Of a DNA stretch of 64,000 nt, positions 50,291 to 60,539 are shown one piece after another (position 1 is the stretch's first letter; the number at the start of each line of letters is the position of its first letter). A model generated the notes under the pieces. It did no database searches and had not been told where the DNA came from. It was given only the letters and a program-made list of their open reading frames with translations. Location of the stretch: assembly GCA_040954595.2 (NCBI GenBank), contig CM082592.2, forward strand, positions 3,550,735 through 3,614,734. The letters run 5' to 3'. This stretch comes from Balanoglossus misakiensis (Eukaryota > Animalia > Hemichordata). The position numbers and the translations under genes are program-made.

Positions 50291-51292
50291 TCAACCAGTT
50301 GCGATCATGTGATATCGATCCTCTCGCCTAATCCGGCGAGATATATACATTCCCATAAAAACGACTGTCAGGATGTACAATGGTAATCCGATACCCACAC
50401 TCAATGCGATGATGGTGGTATGGTGTCTCTCGTTTGATTTAGATAGCTTAGTGTCAAAAATCGAGCAATCACTTTTCACAATTCGAGCACGCAACGAGCG
50501 CTCTAAATCACCACAAGACCAATTGCCGGTTGCGTTGGCGTGGTCACATTTACAACGGCAAATGTTATAAGTACATTTATACACGGCAGACCCACGAATG
50601 TCATTTTCTGTCTGCTGACACGATTGTTCAATGTCTGTGGTCAAGTTTCTACACCTGAGTCGTAAATTCTCATTCTGATGACAAACACATGGCTCCCTAG
50701 ACACGTTCAAGCTACACAATTGTTCATTTATGAGTAATGTCCAATTCCCATACTCTTTCCACAAAACTTCGCGAGAACCGCACTTTTTTGTCACATTATG
50801 GCGATTTTCAACCCACACGTCGATTTTACTATCGCGTGCCTGGTTTGTGCACAAATTTGGAATCAATTTGACTCGGATAGGTTTCCGTTTCACATCTCGG
50901 CATACTGGGAAACCATCTGTACACACACACCTACAAAAAGCCAAATTGCATAGAAATGTTTCGATTCCTCTGTCGTTCGATAATATGGAACAATTCCCCT
51001 TGATGTCGTCGGGTAATAACCTGCAAAGTGGGGTCGTTGTTGAGTTGCCATCGAGCTCCAGGCATGAACATTGATCGATCGGATGCCCGAAATCACATGC
51101 TGGCGTGTCAAGTGTTCTTGTCCACACTCCGCGCCATTTCCATAATATAGTATAATGGATACATTCTTGGCCCAAATGTTGCGTTGCACTCCCAGAGTTG
51201 GAGATGCCAGGTGGCTGCATCACATCCGAATCTCCGGAGGCGCAATATCTCATAAACCAGATCGCTAACAGCACCTGGATTAAGATGCACAT
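50291..51292 (-). CDS. Type I membrane glycoprotein-like orphan with two tandem Cys-rich domains (333 aa)
   Basis: Signal peptide MCILIQVLLAIWFMRYCASG; two homologous ~105-aa units (LWKxxGxWT...CxC...CRCxC); several N-x-S/T sequons; TM IIALSVGIGLPLYILTVVFMGMYI followed by basic SRRIRR; AATAAA on the minus strand at ~50265. Confidence 0.85.
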   Translation of the reverse strand: MCILIQVLLAIWFMRYCASGDSDVMQPPGISNSGSATQHLGQECIHYTILWKWRGVWTRTLDTPACDFGHPIDQCSCLELDGNSTTTPLCRLLPDDIKGNCSILSNDRGIETFLCNLAFCRCVCTDGFPVCRDVKRKPIRVKLIPNLCTNQARDSKIDVWVENRHNVTKKCGSREVLWKEYGNWTLLINEQLCSLNVSREPCVCHQNENLRLRCRNLTTDIEQSCQQTENDIRGSAVYKCTYNICRCKCDHANATGNWSCGDLERSLRARIVKSDCSIFDTKLSKSNERHHTTIIALSVGIGLPLYILTVVFMGMYISRRIRREDRYHMIATG

Positions 51293-52339
51293 TATGCGTG
51301 TGTGCTGACAGAGTGTCCGCTATATCATTAATGATTACTTTTTAAACTTGCGCTATGGGTAATTCTTTTTGTTTTCGTCAACTCATTTGTGGTGGCTTAA
51401 CAAGTCGCCGTAGCTGTCACTTTGACTATGTATATTCACATATCCCTCTGGAGAGGGGGCGGCGGGAGAATTGAGGGGCGGGATTTTAAACGGTTGAGGG
51501 TATGTAAGGGGGGGGGGAGATTTTAAATAATATTTACTTGGAGTCCACGAAAATGCAGTTTCGCACTGTTCCCCAACACAGAATACTAAAAAAATAAAAA
51601 CAATGTTCAGCTTTAAAACCTACTGATGAGGGGAAACATCAGTTTAAAATTCTTTTCATGGGAGTGCTGTTTTTCTTTTTGACAAGATAGATAGGTGACG
51701 TGAAATAAGGTTGGGGGGAGGGGATTTCAGAATGTTGGCAGTTCGGAAGGGGGTTTTCAACATATTTTTGGTTGTGAAAATTAGCAGTAACAAACATTGA
51801 ATTATCCCACCCCCAAATATGTTTGTGAATGAAGCATTAAACAAGGGTTTCTGTAGCGGACGGTTCTGTGAAGGTCACGCAAGCCGGTTACATAACGGAA
51901 ATCCCGTGTGACCGCCACATTCAGGGCTGACTTAAAACCCCGGTGCGGAAAGTGCCGGGGTTCGGATTAACGTGTGTTTGTATAGTTGTTTATTTGGGAG
52001 TGGTCGTCGTGCATAATGACTGTGTAATTGCTCTCATGTACACAGAAAATAATTGAACACTTCACACTTCTACGCGATTGACAACTGTTTGAATGGCGTG
52101 GTTATTGTTTCCCAGGGACGCTTCTGAAAAGCACTGAAACCAGATTTCTCCCAAAATCATCGTTGTTTCATAAGCTCGTGTTCTTTTTCGTCGATAACTG
52201 TATGTTGTGCGTGTTTATAAAGCCAACTACTGTCGTTGTGTGGTGTAATTCTTTATGCTTGGACCTGTTTGGGCCGATTCTCATAGAGCCGAGATCGTTG
52301 GCCCGCACCGGGGTTTAAACACAACTTTCATATCATGAC

Positions 52340-53578
52340 TCATTCGGGCCATGTTAACAAGTCGTCGCAGCTGTCACTTTGAGCAGAGGAGAGTCCTCTG
52401 GTAACAATATCTTCATCAGAAAATCCGCTGGAGCTCGAATCATCTCCTTGATCGACGTCGTCAGAAAATGTGTAAAAGATCTCCTTGGGTAGAACCAAAG
52501 AATAAAGAATATCATTGTGTGTATTGCCGTACGCAATTATCTTATATTCAAGATTGACAATAAACTGCCTGGGACTCGACAAGTTGTGATCGTAATATTT
52601 GTTGAGCGAGAGTGATAATTTTTTGCCTCTGATATCATTAACGCCACTATCAAGGCATAGACGTTCCATCCAGGCAACAAATAAAGTGATCGCTTTGAAC
52701 GGTATAACCAAAGCAACACATTCTCCCTTGGCATCATGCCGCGTGGGGAAATCTCGGAATCCTGTCCGACTATTCTCTTCTAAGAGTTTCCCATCGAAAG
52801 CTTTGTCTAAGGATCTTTTGACATTACTATTCAAAACAGCGTGAATAAGCATAGTCTGCAGATCATCAAATTGGTATCTGTCATGAGTGTTAATCAAGAC
52901 TTTTAGCTGGCCATCTTCACTGCAAATTTTGTGACGGGAGAAATCACTTGTGTCCACCGAGAATCCTTTCTGATTCAACAAGAAATGCAGTGGTGACCCA
53001 ACGAAATTAAATGTGTTTGTCTCCTTGATTTTGCCCTCTTCTTGGCCATAAAACAACCCTCGTGTGAGAATGTTTGATATGATGCCGTGACTGGATATAT
53101 GCATTACGTCATTCGACGTAACCAATATACCTCGTCCGGCGGCAGTCTTATTTCTGATCATGTATTCTGGAAATAACGTTGTCTTGTTACCAGTCGCTGC
53201 CGGAATTACGAGTGCCTTATTACAACCGCTAGAATCCGCCAAGCAAACTGACCAAGTGTACATGTAATTGTCATAGTCTCGGTTGACAGATTCCTGGAGT
53301 CGCACATCGGCCTTTTCTAGTACCCACCATTTTGGCAAGGGGCCATCTGTAAAATCCTCTCCTACATCGTCACCAGAAATTATTACATCTCTAGAAGATA
53401 TTGACGTATTACTGACCGTGTGCTCACTCCATTTCTCCTTATCAATACCACCGACGCGGTACGAGTAGCTCCTTTCACTGTCACTTGTTTCAAATGCTGT
53501 GAAAGGAGTGTTCGCCGTTACCACTAGGGAACGCGAGATTGACCTATGTACCCACCTATTCGCTTTGACGTAGGCCAT
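52340..53578 (-). CDS. Intronless orphan protein (412 aa) with acidic C-terminus
   Basis: Long ORF, Kozak atcATGG, TATA-like ATATATTTAAG ~30 bp upstream; I recognise no domain. Confidence 0.8.
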   Translation of the reverse strand: MAYVKANRWVHRSISRSLVVTANTPFTAFETSDSERSYSYRVGGIDKEKWSEHTVSNTSISSRDVIISGDDVGEDFTDGPLPKWWVLEKADVRLQESVNRDYDNYMYTWSVCLADSSGCNKALVIPAATGNKTTLFPEYMIRNKTAAGRGILVTSNDVMHISSHGIISNILTRGLFYGQEEGKIKETNTFNFVGSPLHFLLNQKGFSVDTSDFSRHKICSEDGQLKVLINTHDRYQFDDLQTMLIHAVLNSNVKRSLDKAFDGKLLEENSRTGFRDFPTRHDAKGECVALVIPFKAITLFVAWMERLCLDSGVNDIRGKKLSLSLNKYYDHNLSSPRQFIVNLEYKIIAYGNTHNDILYSLVLPKEIFYTFSDDVDQGDDSSSSGFSDEDIVTRGLSSAQSDSCDDLLTWPE

Positions 53579-54051
53579 GATTTATACGGAGCAACCCCAT
53601 CAACTTAAATATATCCGTTTCATATCAATGAATGACACTCGATCGTCATGTTTGCACATTTAATCCAAACTGTACGTTTTGGATAACAAAAACTCACATG
53701 AATTTGTCATACAGTCCAGGGATCGTGTTAACGCAGAATTCCGCGTCCGGGACGCAAGCTTTTTTGCTGTGATGTCTGCGTCCGGGGAACCCCAGCTGAG
53801 CGCACACTGCAGTAATTAATGATCGTCTTGTAATTTTAAATTGTTTATTCAAAAACGCTTTTACGGCTTGCTAATCCAGAAGAATGACACTTGTAAACAA
53901 AAACAAAGTGTGAAATAATCATTTGACTAAAGCATGTTAGAGTTTTCCTGACAACAAAAGAAAAACTGGCTTCGTTTTTTCTTTGGCAGGTCCGCCAATT
54001 GCCTTGTCAACAAGTTGTGAACGATGTGTCATTAATTAGGGGCCGATGTCG

Positions 54052-54230
54052 AGAGCGGGTGGTCGCGCGCGATCGCGGGACGTACCCATGCAGCCGGCCG
54101 ACTGCATCGAGCGGTGGACCCGATGTACCGCGCACGGTCAATCGAACGCGCGTGACCTTGTTTTCGACAGTTCAGCGGGTGTCTTTGTTGACTCTCTGTG
54201 TTTGATTTCCGCAAAAAAAGAAAATTTCTC
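54052..54230 (+). repeat. Left arm of a diverged ~180-bp GC/CpG-rich inverted repeat
   Basis: GGTCGCGCGCGATCGCGGGA...CCCGATGTACCGCGCACGGTCA...GAAAATTTCTC is the reverse complement, with indels, of 59161-59335. Confidence 0.85.
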
Positions 54231-55122
54231 GCTTTTGATTATGCTTTTTACAGCCTGTCTATCTTCATTGGTGTACATGTAATCCTTTCACCCGTTTTCG
54301 CTTGAAAATCTTTGATTTATCCGACTCCATGTAGCTGGACTGGGTTAAATATGGGGGCAAAACTCGTCACTCTGACAATGATAGCTATGCATCGCTTCCT
54401 CACTGTGGTTCCCCGTATAAACACAGGGGGCTCTCCCTCCGCGATTTTATTGTTTGTTTGTTATTGTTGTTGTTATTGATTGGCAAAATCTTTTTCTCAA
54501 GCTATGTCAAACTTCAATGAACAGAAAGCCAGAAGGAAATTACTTTATAATAAAAAATGAAACGTTCATAGAAAATGAAAATAAATGTGGAAATACGCTT
54601 AAATTGTGATGTTGACTTCGCCAGTAAGTGTGTGGCGAGTACGTATGTGTTATAATATATTGAAAAAATGGGGACCCACAAAAATATTTAGGGACCCCTG
54701 ATTTTCACAAGGAAGGGGTCCCAGGGACTCCAAGATTTTGAGGCCTAGCGCAATCCCTGAATACACGTATATCCCCGCACCAGAATAAAGGCTGTTCCCA
54801 TTATTGACCACCCTCCCCTTATATGACATGCAACTATTGGCAAGGCGGGGGCATGACGGTGATCTTCTATGAATTGTCTATCTCCCCCCCCCCTCCCCTC
54901 AACCTCCTTGCCGGGTGAGATAATCGTGCTCACACGTCAGTTTAGTAACAGCGCGTTTAACAGAGATTTCTCATATGTATTCAGTTCTATTGTCAACTAT
55001 AACTGATTCGATCTCCGTCACATGTCTGTAGTCTCAATTTTCAAACTATTGGAAGGGCTCTTTGCTAACAAGCGTGTATTGGAAATATGTCAAATACAAT
55101 ACTAATATACTGTAATATAAGA

Positions 55123-55596
55123 CTAGATGCATAGACGGACACTCCAGTGAAGATTATCATCACATATTATGTACAGGTACATATGTAACCCCTTGGTGAG
55201 TTCCACGTTAAAATCTGCATGACAGAAAGATGAGTTTTGTTTACTGCACATTGTCGACGAAATTGCATCGGGAGGAGAGATTAATTCTATCACGCATCGT
55301 TCAGCGACAATATCTGGTCTAAACGTGACCTTTATAGCCCACAGGTAGACATTGCAGATTGCTTGTACACCCACAGATTCAACGAAAGGGCCAAGTTTGT
55401 CCGGAATGAACATCCACTCTGGTTTCACCGTATCTGTGGTCGCTCCTTGTCTCACGGGAGTCAATACAGGGACAGACAAGACGCACGTGACAAAAAGGCA
55501 CCCCACAAAATACACCAAACAAGCAACTTTAGTCCCGTCCGACTTCACTGGTTCATCGTCCAGTAAACGGGTGATGAAATCTTCATCTTCCTCCAT
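55123..55596 (-). CDS. Small membrane protein (157 aa), probable signal-anchor
   Basis: Acidic N-terminus, hydrophobic VACLVYFVGCLFVTCVLSVPVL, Cys-containing C-terminal domain; divergent from 55655 with only a 58-bp gap. Confidence 0.7.
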   Translation of the reverse strand: MEEDEDFITRLLDDEPVKSDGTKVACLVYFVGCLFVTCVLSVPVLTPVRQGATTDTVKPEWMFIPDKLGPFVESVGVQAICNVYLWAIKVTFRPDIVAERCVIELISPPDAISSTMCSKQNSSFCHADFNVELTKGLHMYLYIICDDNLHWSVRLCI

Positions 55597-55654
55597 TTCA
55601 CGCAGTTACAGGGAGGAGATATGTTAATGTATTTTAATACATAGTGACAACGTC

Positions 55655-56140
55655 ATGGAGAGATTTCTTGTAATATTTACAACGTGTTTCATGGTCGCCT
55701 TGTCTGCAGAATTGCCAACCGTGTTAGTAGGTGATTTGTACGTCGGCTTATCACCTATATTTTATCCGAGTGCGTGTATTAATGAGAGTGGTGCAAGTTG
55801 TTTGCGTGAAATAAATGGATTGGTGTATGTAGACTGCGACAGACGGCTATGCGAACGCCCCTTTTCGCTCTCTCGTTGCACTGGGCAACAACCAGGCTAT
55901 AATAAGGGTGACCACGGAGAAGTTTGGGTGGAACCGGATAAGGGGTGTCGCTTTCTCGGAGGTTACTGCGCTTACACGGGTCGCAACAATCTTGTCGGCA
56001 TTTGTGTTCCGGCGTGGAAAAGGGACGTCGACCAACGTTTATTTCCTAAGTTGGTACCTCGTAATAGTATATGTCTAAGCAAATGTGACACGGATGTAGA
56101 ACTATGGGGTGGTGACGCATCATTCTGTACTTGTGGTTAA
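55655..56140 (+). CDS. Secreted Cys-rich protein (161 aa)
   Basis: Signal peptide MERFLVIFTTCFMVALSA, about 12 Cys in the mature part, terminal FCTCG, Kozak gtcATGG. Confidence 0.8.
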   Translation: MERFLVIFTTCFMVALSAELPTVLVGDLYVGLSPIFYPSACINESGASCLREINGLVYVDCDRRLCERPFSLSRCTGQQPGYNKGDHGEVWVEPDKGCRFLGGYCAYTGRNNLVGICVPAWKRDVDQRLFPKLVPRNSICLSKCDTDVELWGGDASFCTCG

Positions 56141-56256
56141 TGTCATCCTTCCAATTGTCGCCCACACGTAACGTCCTCTAACCCAATCTATTATTGGCGA
56201 TTTATCGGTATTATTAACATGCTCAGAGGTTGAACAGAACGAAACGACTAGTTGAT

Positions 56257-57489
56257 ATGACAGTTATGTTTATCGTAACTGTCTTTTTACTGCATTGTTT
56301 ATGTTTATCCCAAACATTTTCATATATCTGTACAGAAGATCACAGCCATTGTGCAGGTCCTATCACCGAGTTAATGCGCGCATTCGATGTTGAATACTCA
56401 CTAACGGCATACCATCTAATTCCGGCAGACAATGAGGAAGTGTCTTGTAAACACTTTTCTACAGCGTTAGAATGCACTTGCACAAGCAGCGATGTCGTTA
56501 TTCATTATCCTGCGGATCACCTGATAACACTCCAGCGGAAAAACGACGACGTAATCACGGTTCTACCAGGATGTAATTCGACGTTTCGGATAGTCATAAC
56601 TGATCCCATGCTATCCGCAGATAGCGCCACCATGGGGCAAGAACCATACTGGTTGCGTGGGCCAGCCTGCGGATTGTTTGTAATACAGCGAGGCAACATA
56701 GTTTTGAAAGACATCACCGTTGACAACTCGGTTTGCATGCAAACCCTTGAAATTGAATACGGGTGTTGGCATAGGGTCGAGTCTGCGGCCATATTTGTTA
56801 CGGGGTTACATATAGTTTCTGATATTAAACTCAGTAATCTGAAAGTGGTGACGTCCGATAGAGATGGGAAGGAATGGAACGTCCCTCCTTTGCTCGCATA
56901 TTTTGCGAGTTCGTCCGCGTTTGAGGTTCTTCGTTTGCAAAATATTACCATTGACGAGATAGCGAACGTGTCAGTCAAATTTGAACAGTGCGTTGGCCAA
57001 GCACATGTAGGCACTAAGCACGGCGCCGAAGCTACTGTTGTCGTAGAATATTTTCCCCTTCTTGACACAAAACCATTGATTGTAGATACTCCTGTTACTA
57101 GAATTTTTGATATGTCCCAATGGCTAGGACCCACTCTCTTGTACAAAATATACGCAGACTATCGGCGCCAAGATCGAAACGAATGGACACTTTACTTGTT
57201 TGGTGCATTAATAGTGATTGCTATTACGTTCGTTGTTATTCAGATTACTATATGGTTTTGCAGGGTCGACTCTGGCAGTCACCCAGGAGATATTTACGAC
57301 GCATTAGGAGCAGTTGCTATGGACAAATTAAAACAACGCAAGAAGCGTAGACACCAACACGAGACCAAAAACTCTCATTACAACAAATATTCTGACTTTC
57401 GCAAATTGTATCATTCGTCTGACGAGGATGACGCAAATCGAGTTGTGTTTGACCAGTCACAGAGATTTTTACACAATGATAGACTATAG
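56257..57489 (+). CDS. Type I membrane glycoprotein-like orphan (~410 aa)
   Basis: First ATG at 56257, signal peptide MTVMFIVTVFLLHCLCLS, Cys-rich then beta-rich ectodomain, TM WTLYLFGALIVIAITFVVIQITIWFC, basic tail KLKQRKKRRH; AATAAA at ~57578. Confidence 0.85.
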   Translation: MTVMFIVTVFLLHCLCLSQTFSYICTEDHSHCAGPITELMRAFDVEYSLTAYHLIPADNEEVSCKHFSTALECTCTSSDVVIHYPADHLITLQRKNDDVITVLPGCNSTFRIVITDPMLSADSATMGQEPYWLRGPACGLFVIQRGNIVLKDITVDNSVCMQTLEIEYGCWHRVESAAIFVTGLHIVSDIKLSNLKVVTSDRDGKEWNVPPLLAYFASSSAFEVLRLQNITIDEIANVSVKFEQCVGQAHVGTKHGAEATVVVEYFPLLDTKPLIVDTPVTRIFDMSQWLGPTLLYKIYADYRRQDRNEWTLYLFGALIVIAITFVVIQITIWFCRVDSGSHPGDIYDALGAVAMDKLKQRKKRRHQHETKNSHYNKYSDFRKLYHSSDEDDANRVVFDQSQRFLHNDRL

Positions 57490-57691
57490 ACAAACGCAAA
57501 ATACATACAATTAAATTACAGCTAGACCGGTTTTGGTAATATTTGACACACTTTTATTTCCACCTTTGATACAACACAATAAACCTGACGTAGGTAATAT
57601 TTCCACTCAATTTGTCTGCTTGTTTCTTCGCATATACACACGGCGATCCCTGTTGAATATTTGGTCCCAAGGGTTGTTGTTGTTGTATCAA

Positions 57692-58831
57692 CTACTCCGA
57701 GTCCGAAATACACTCCCATGAATTTGTAGGCGAATCGTCCGTTGCGTCGTTAGTGGGCTTGAGTTGGTAATCATTCAACTATATACATAAGGAATAAAAT
57801 TAACATGGTCAAAATGGGTGATGTAGTGTATTGACACACTCACAAAAATGTATTTTGGCAATTACTATACCTGGCGCATACAGTCTTGTAATTTATCCTT
57901 GCATTGGTCAAGTTCTGTGAAGGTAGCATGTTTTTCACGCTCAGCCCTCAACAATTGTCTCCTGAGTAAATCTAATTCGTTTTGCATGGACTCGCACAGT
58001 GGCTGTAAATCATCCTTTACCGATTGTCGTGGTTCCTCTACCTATATAGAAAATGTATATGAATGGTGAGACGACTACGGGAAATTATATGCAAGAGAAA
58101 TACTACACTGATAAGTAACAATGACAGTCTGTATTCACCCGTTGTTGTTTTTGTAGTATGTTGTTATCTTCCAGAATCTGTTGTCTTTCACGTTTAAGAT
58201 CATCGATCTGAGCCTCTAGAGATTTTATCAGAGTTTTGGTGGCGCGAGAGTATGTAGTCAGTTCAGTTGTGGTACAGTCGTTTTTCATAGTCAGACAGTG
58301 TATCTGGTCCGCTGCAAACTCTTTGTACTTTATCAACTGTTTGTTTTCTTCGTCCATTTCCTTAGCATTAGCCTCGTACTTTGCGGCCTGTTTATGCAAT
58401 TGTTCTATTTGTTTGACAGTAGACGATTTAAATTTGAGAAGATCGCGAATTTGTTTCTCTAAAACCTGATTGCGTTTTCCCAGAGTGGCGACTGCTTCAT
58501 CGACATCATTTCTTTCTTGTTGGTCAAAGTTCTGCCCATGCTGGTGTTGGTCAATGATTTTATCCTGTAGCGTCTCAATGAGTTTTCTCAAAGATTGAAC
58601 TCGTTCTCTTTCAGCCAGTAGTTCATTTAGCTGTGGTTGTTCGTCAGTCTTCTGCGACTGCAGGTGTTTAATTGTCATCTGCATATGTTCTACATCTCGT
58701 AGCCTGTCTTTGTCGTGAGTCGCTCTAATTTTCATCGCGATGCCTAAGTCGGTCGTCACTTCTTTCAATTTAGTGATCAAACCGTTTATATTATCTACGT
58801 TATGTGCTGGAGACTGTCGTGCGTTCGCCAT
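57692..58831 (-). CDS. Spliced coiled-coil protein, 3 exons, 316 aa
   Basis: Exons 58831-58139 (231 codons), 58041-57871 (57), 57778-57692 (28 + stop); phase-0 GT-AG introns of 97 and 92 bp. The heptad pattern continues across the junction (MQNELDLLRRQLLRAEREK). TATATAAG ~35 bp upstream, gccATGG Kozak, AATAAA at ~57553-57558 on the minus strand. Confidence 0.85.
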
Positions 58832-58916
58832 GGCTGGTTATCTGCGAGGTGACTACACCATCACGCTTATATATCATCGAAATGGCATTTGTTTAACACA
58901 AGCACGTTAACTGTTC

Positions 58917-59029
58917 TAGACTCTCTCACAGCCGTTTGGCAAGAGAGAAACACCTTCTGGTGTTGTGGACACACATGCAATCAGACTATGAGCCTGCATG
59001 GACGGCGAGAGGGGCTGTGAGAGAGTCTA
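58917..59029. mobile_element. Internally deleted copy of the 15317-15490 MITE family inside the virus-like block
   Basis: Same TIRs (TAGACTCTCTCACAGCC...GGCTGTGAGAGAGTCTA) and shared internal CCGTTTGGCAAG, CACACATGCAATCAG and AGCCTGCATGGACG. Confidence 0.88.
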
Positions 59030-59160
59030 TATACATGTAATCAGAGATCTGCCCACGGTGGTCGGCGCCGGTCGCGCGCGACCGGCACTCTCAGGCCGAG
59101 ACCAGAACAAAAAGGTCGCGACCATTGCTATTGTTCGCTGTGATACACGCACTTTGGCGT

Positions 59161-59335
59161 GAGAAATTTTCTTTTTCGGCGGAAATCAAACACATGGGAC
59201 CAGAGAGTCCACAAAGACAGCCGCTAAACTGTCGATAACAAGGTCGCACGCGTTCGACTGACCGTGCGCGGTACATCGGGTCTACAGCTGGATGCAGCCG
59301 GCTGGGTCCCGCGATCGCGCGCGACCATCCACTCT
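59161..59335 (-). repeat. Right arm of the ~180-bp GC-rich inverted repeat
   Basis: Reverse complement of 54052-54230; a perfect 20-bp palindrome GCCGGTCGCGCGCGACCGGC lies nearby at 59067-59086. Confidence 0.85.
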
Positions 59336-59694
59336 TGAGATCGACTCCAAAGTCGTTGTCACGGTCGGGATTGCTAATTGCCTCGATCGGTATAAAATTG
59401 TAGTCAATGAAACCCCAAAAATCGTCATCATTGTTGATGTGGCTGTCATGAAAATGTCCAGCGAAAAATTTGCTGTCTTCCGGGTTTACAAAGCAAAGGA
59501 AAGACGCATACTGTCAAAGGTCACGTAATTAGGTCATGTCGACAACGCTTACATCGAGCTCATGAATAGTAATAATCTCATTAATATGCATGAGCCCGAC
59601 AACCACTTCGTTTTGGCTCGGCAAAACCCTGTCATGTTCATGTGATACCAAATGTCGTAATATTAACGTACAGTTTGACTAAAAGGGATAAACC

Positions 59695-60232
59695 ATGTCG
59701 GATTTTATGCATCTATATTTCACCACGTGTTGTATGTTGGCCTTAGCGTCAAATTTCGCGTATAGCCACACCTTGCATAGCATTAACAGCTCATCGGATA
59801 GCATCCGAAGCCCCGAAACATTACCCATACAAACAGAGGAAGCCATTGACGACGTTGTGTCGCCACCAAACAGAGATGAGAATAGAATCAATTCGTCTCA
59901 TGCTAAGAGCGCTATTGAAAACAAAACAATATTCACAATGCATGACTACAGACAACTGAAAACTCGTCTGACCAATGTCACACACGTACAAGCGTAGTCG
60001 ATGTGACTAGTAGACACGTACATGTATGTACAACCTATTACGTAGTAGGGAAGCGGATAAGACATGCCAGAAGGTTCATGCGCAAGTGGGATTGTATTCC
60101 ACGCGCCTTTCGCAGACTAGATACATGACATCACGGACAAGATACTTCCCAAATTCGATACATTACGTCATGTACAGGAGGCCATCCGGACCAGCCGCCT
60201 TTTGCAAATTCAAAACATGGTGTCATAGGTAA
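59695..60232 (+). pseudogene. Probable disrupted secreted-protein gene (ORFs 59695-59997 and 60026-60232)
   Basis: The first ORF has a Kozak accATG and a signal peptide. The second ends in TAA closely followed by AATAAA. The break contains a duplicated ACACGTACA and a TACATGTA. Confidence 0.45.
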
Positions 60233-60539
60233 CAAATAAAACGATGCACAGAAATACAAAGTATGCATCAAATCATGACGCAAGAGTTTGATTCTTTCGC
60301 AATAGTGATGAATTGTAGTCATGACTAACAGAAGCGCGTTAGTTATTTTACCGACGTCAACGAACGTGACATAAGCACAAAGTAACAAGAATGCCCTGAC
60401 CACTCACGATTGTTATTTAAATTAGCGCCATATATGAGGTCACCAGTATAAAACCGAGTAGAATGGCTAAGATAAAGAGAACTGACTGATGCTCTGACAC
60501 ATGTATGTGTGTTGAACGCCTGCGTGTACGGTGAGAATA

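Noticed and set aside
51440-51830. G-run-rich intergenic segment (and a similar GGGACCC-rich piece at ~54660-54750)
   Set aside because: Both look like degraded host repeat fragments, but I could not define TIRs or ends.
55655-56140. Assignment as a baculovirus/nudivirus PIF protein
   Set aside because: It is Cys-rich with an N-terminal hydrophobic segment, but I cannot match a specific PIF motif by eye.
56517-57146. 209-aa minus-strand ORF
   Set aside because: Entirely antisense to the better-supported membrane protein gene, with no independent signals.
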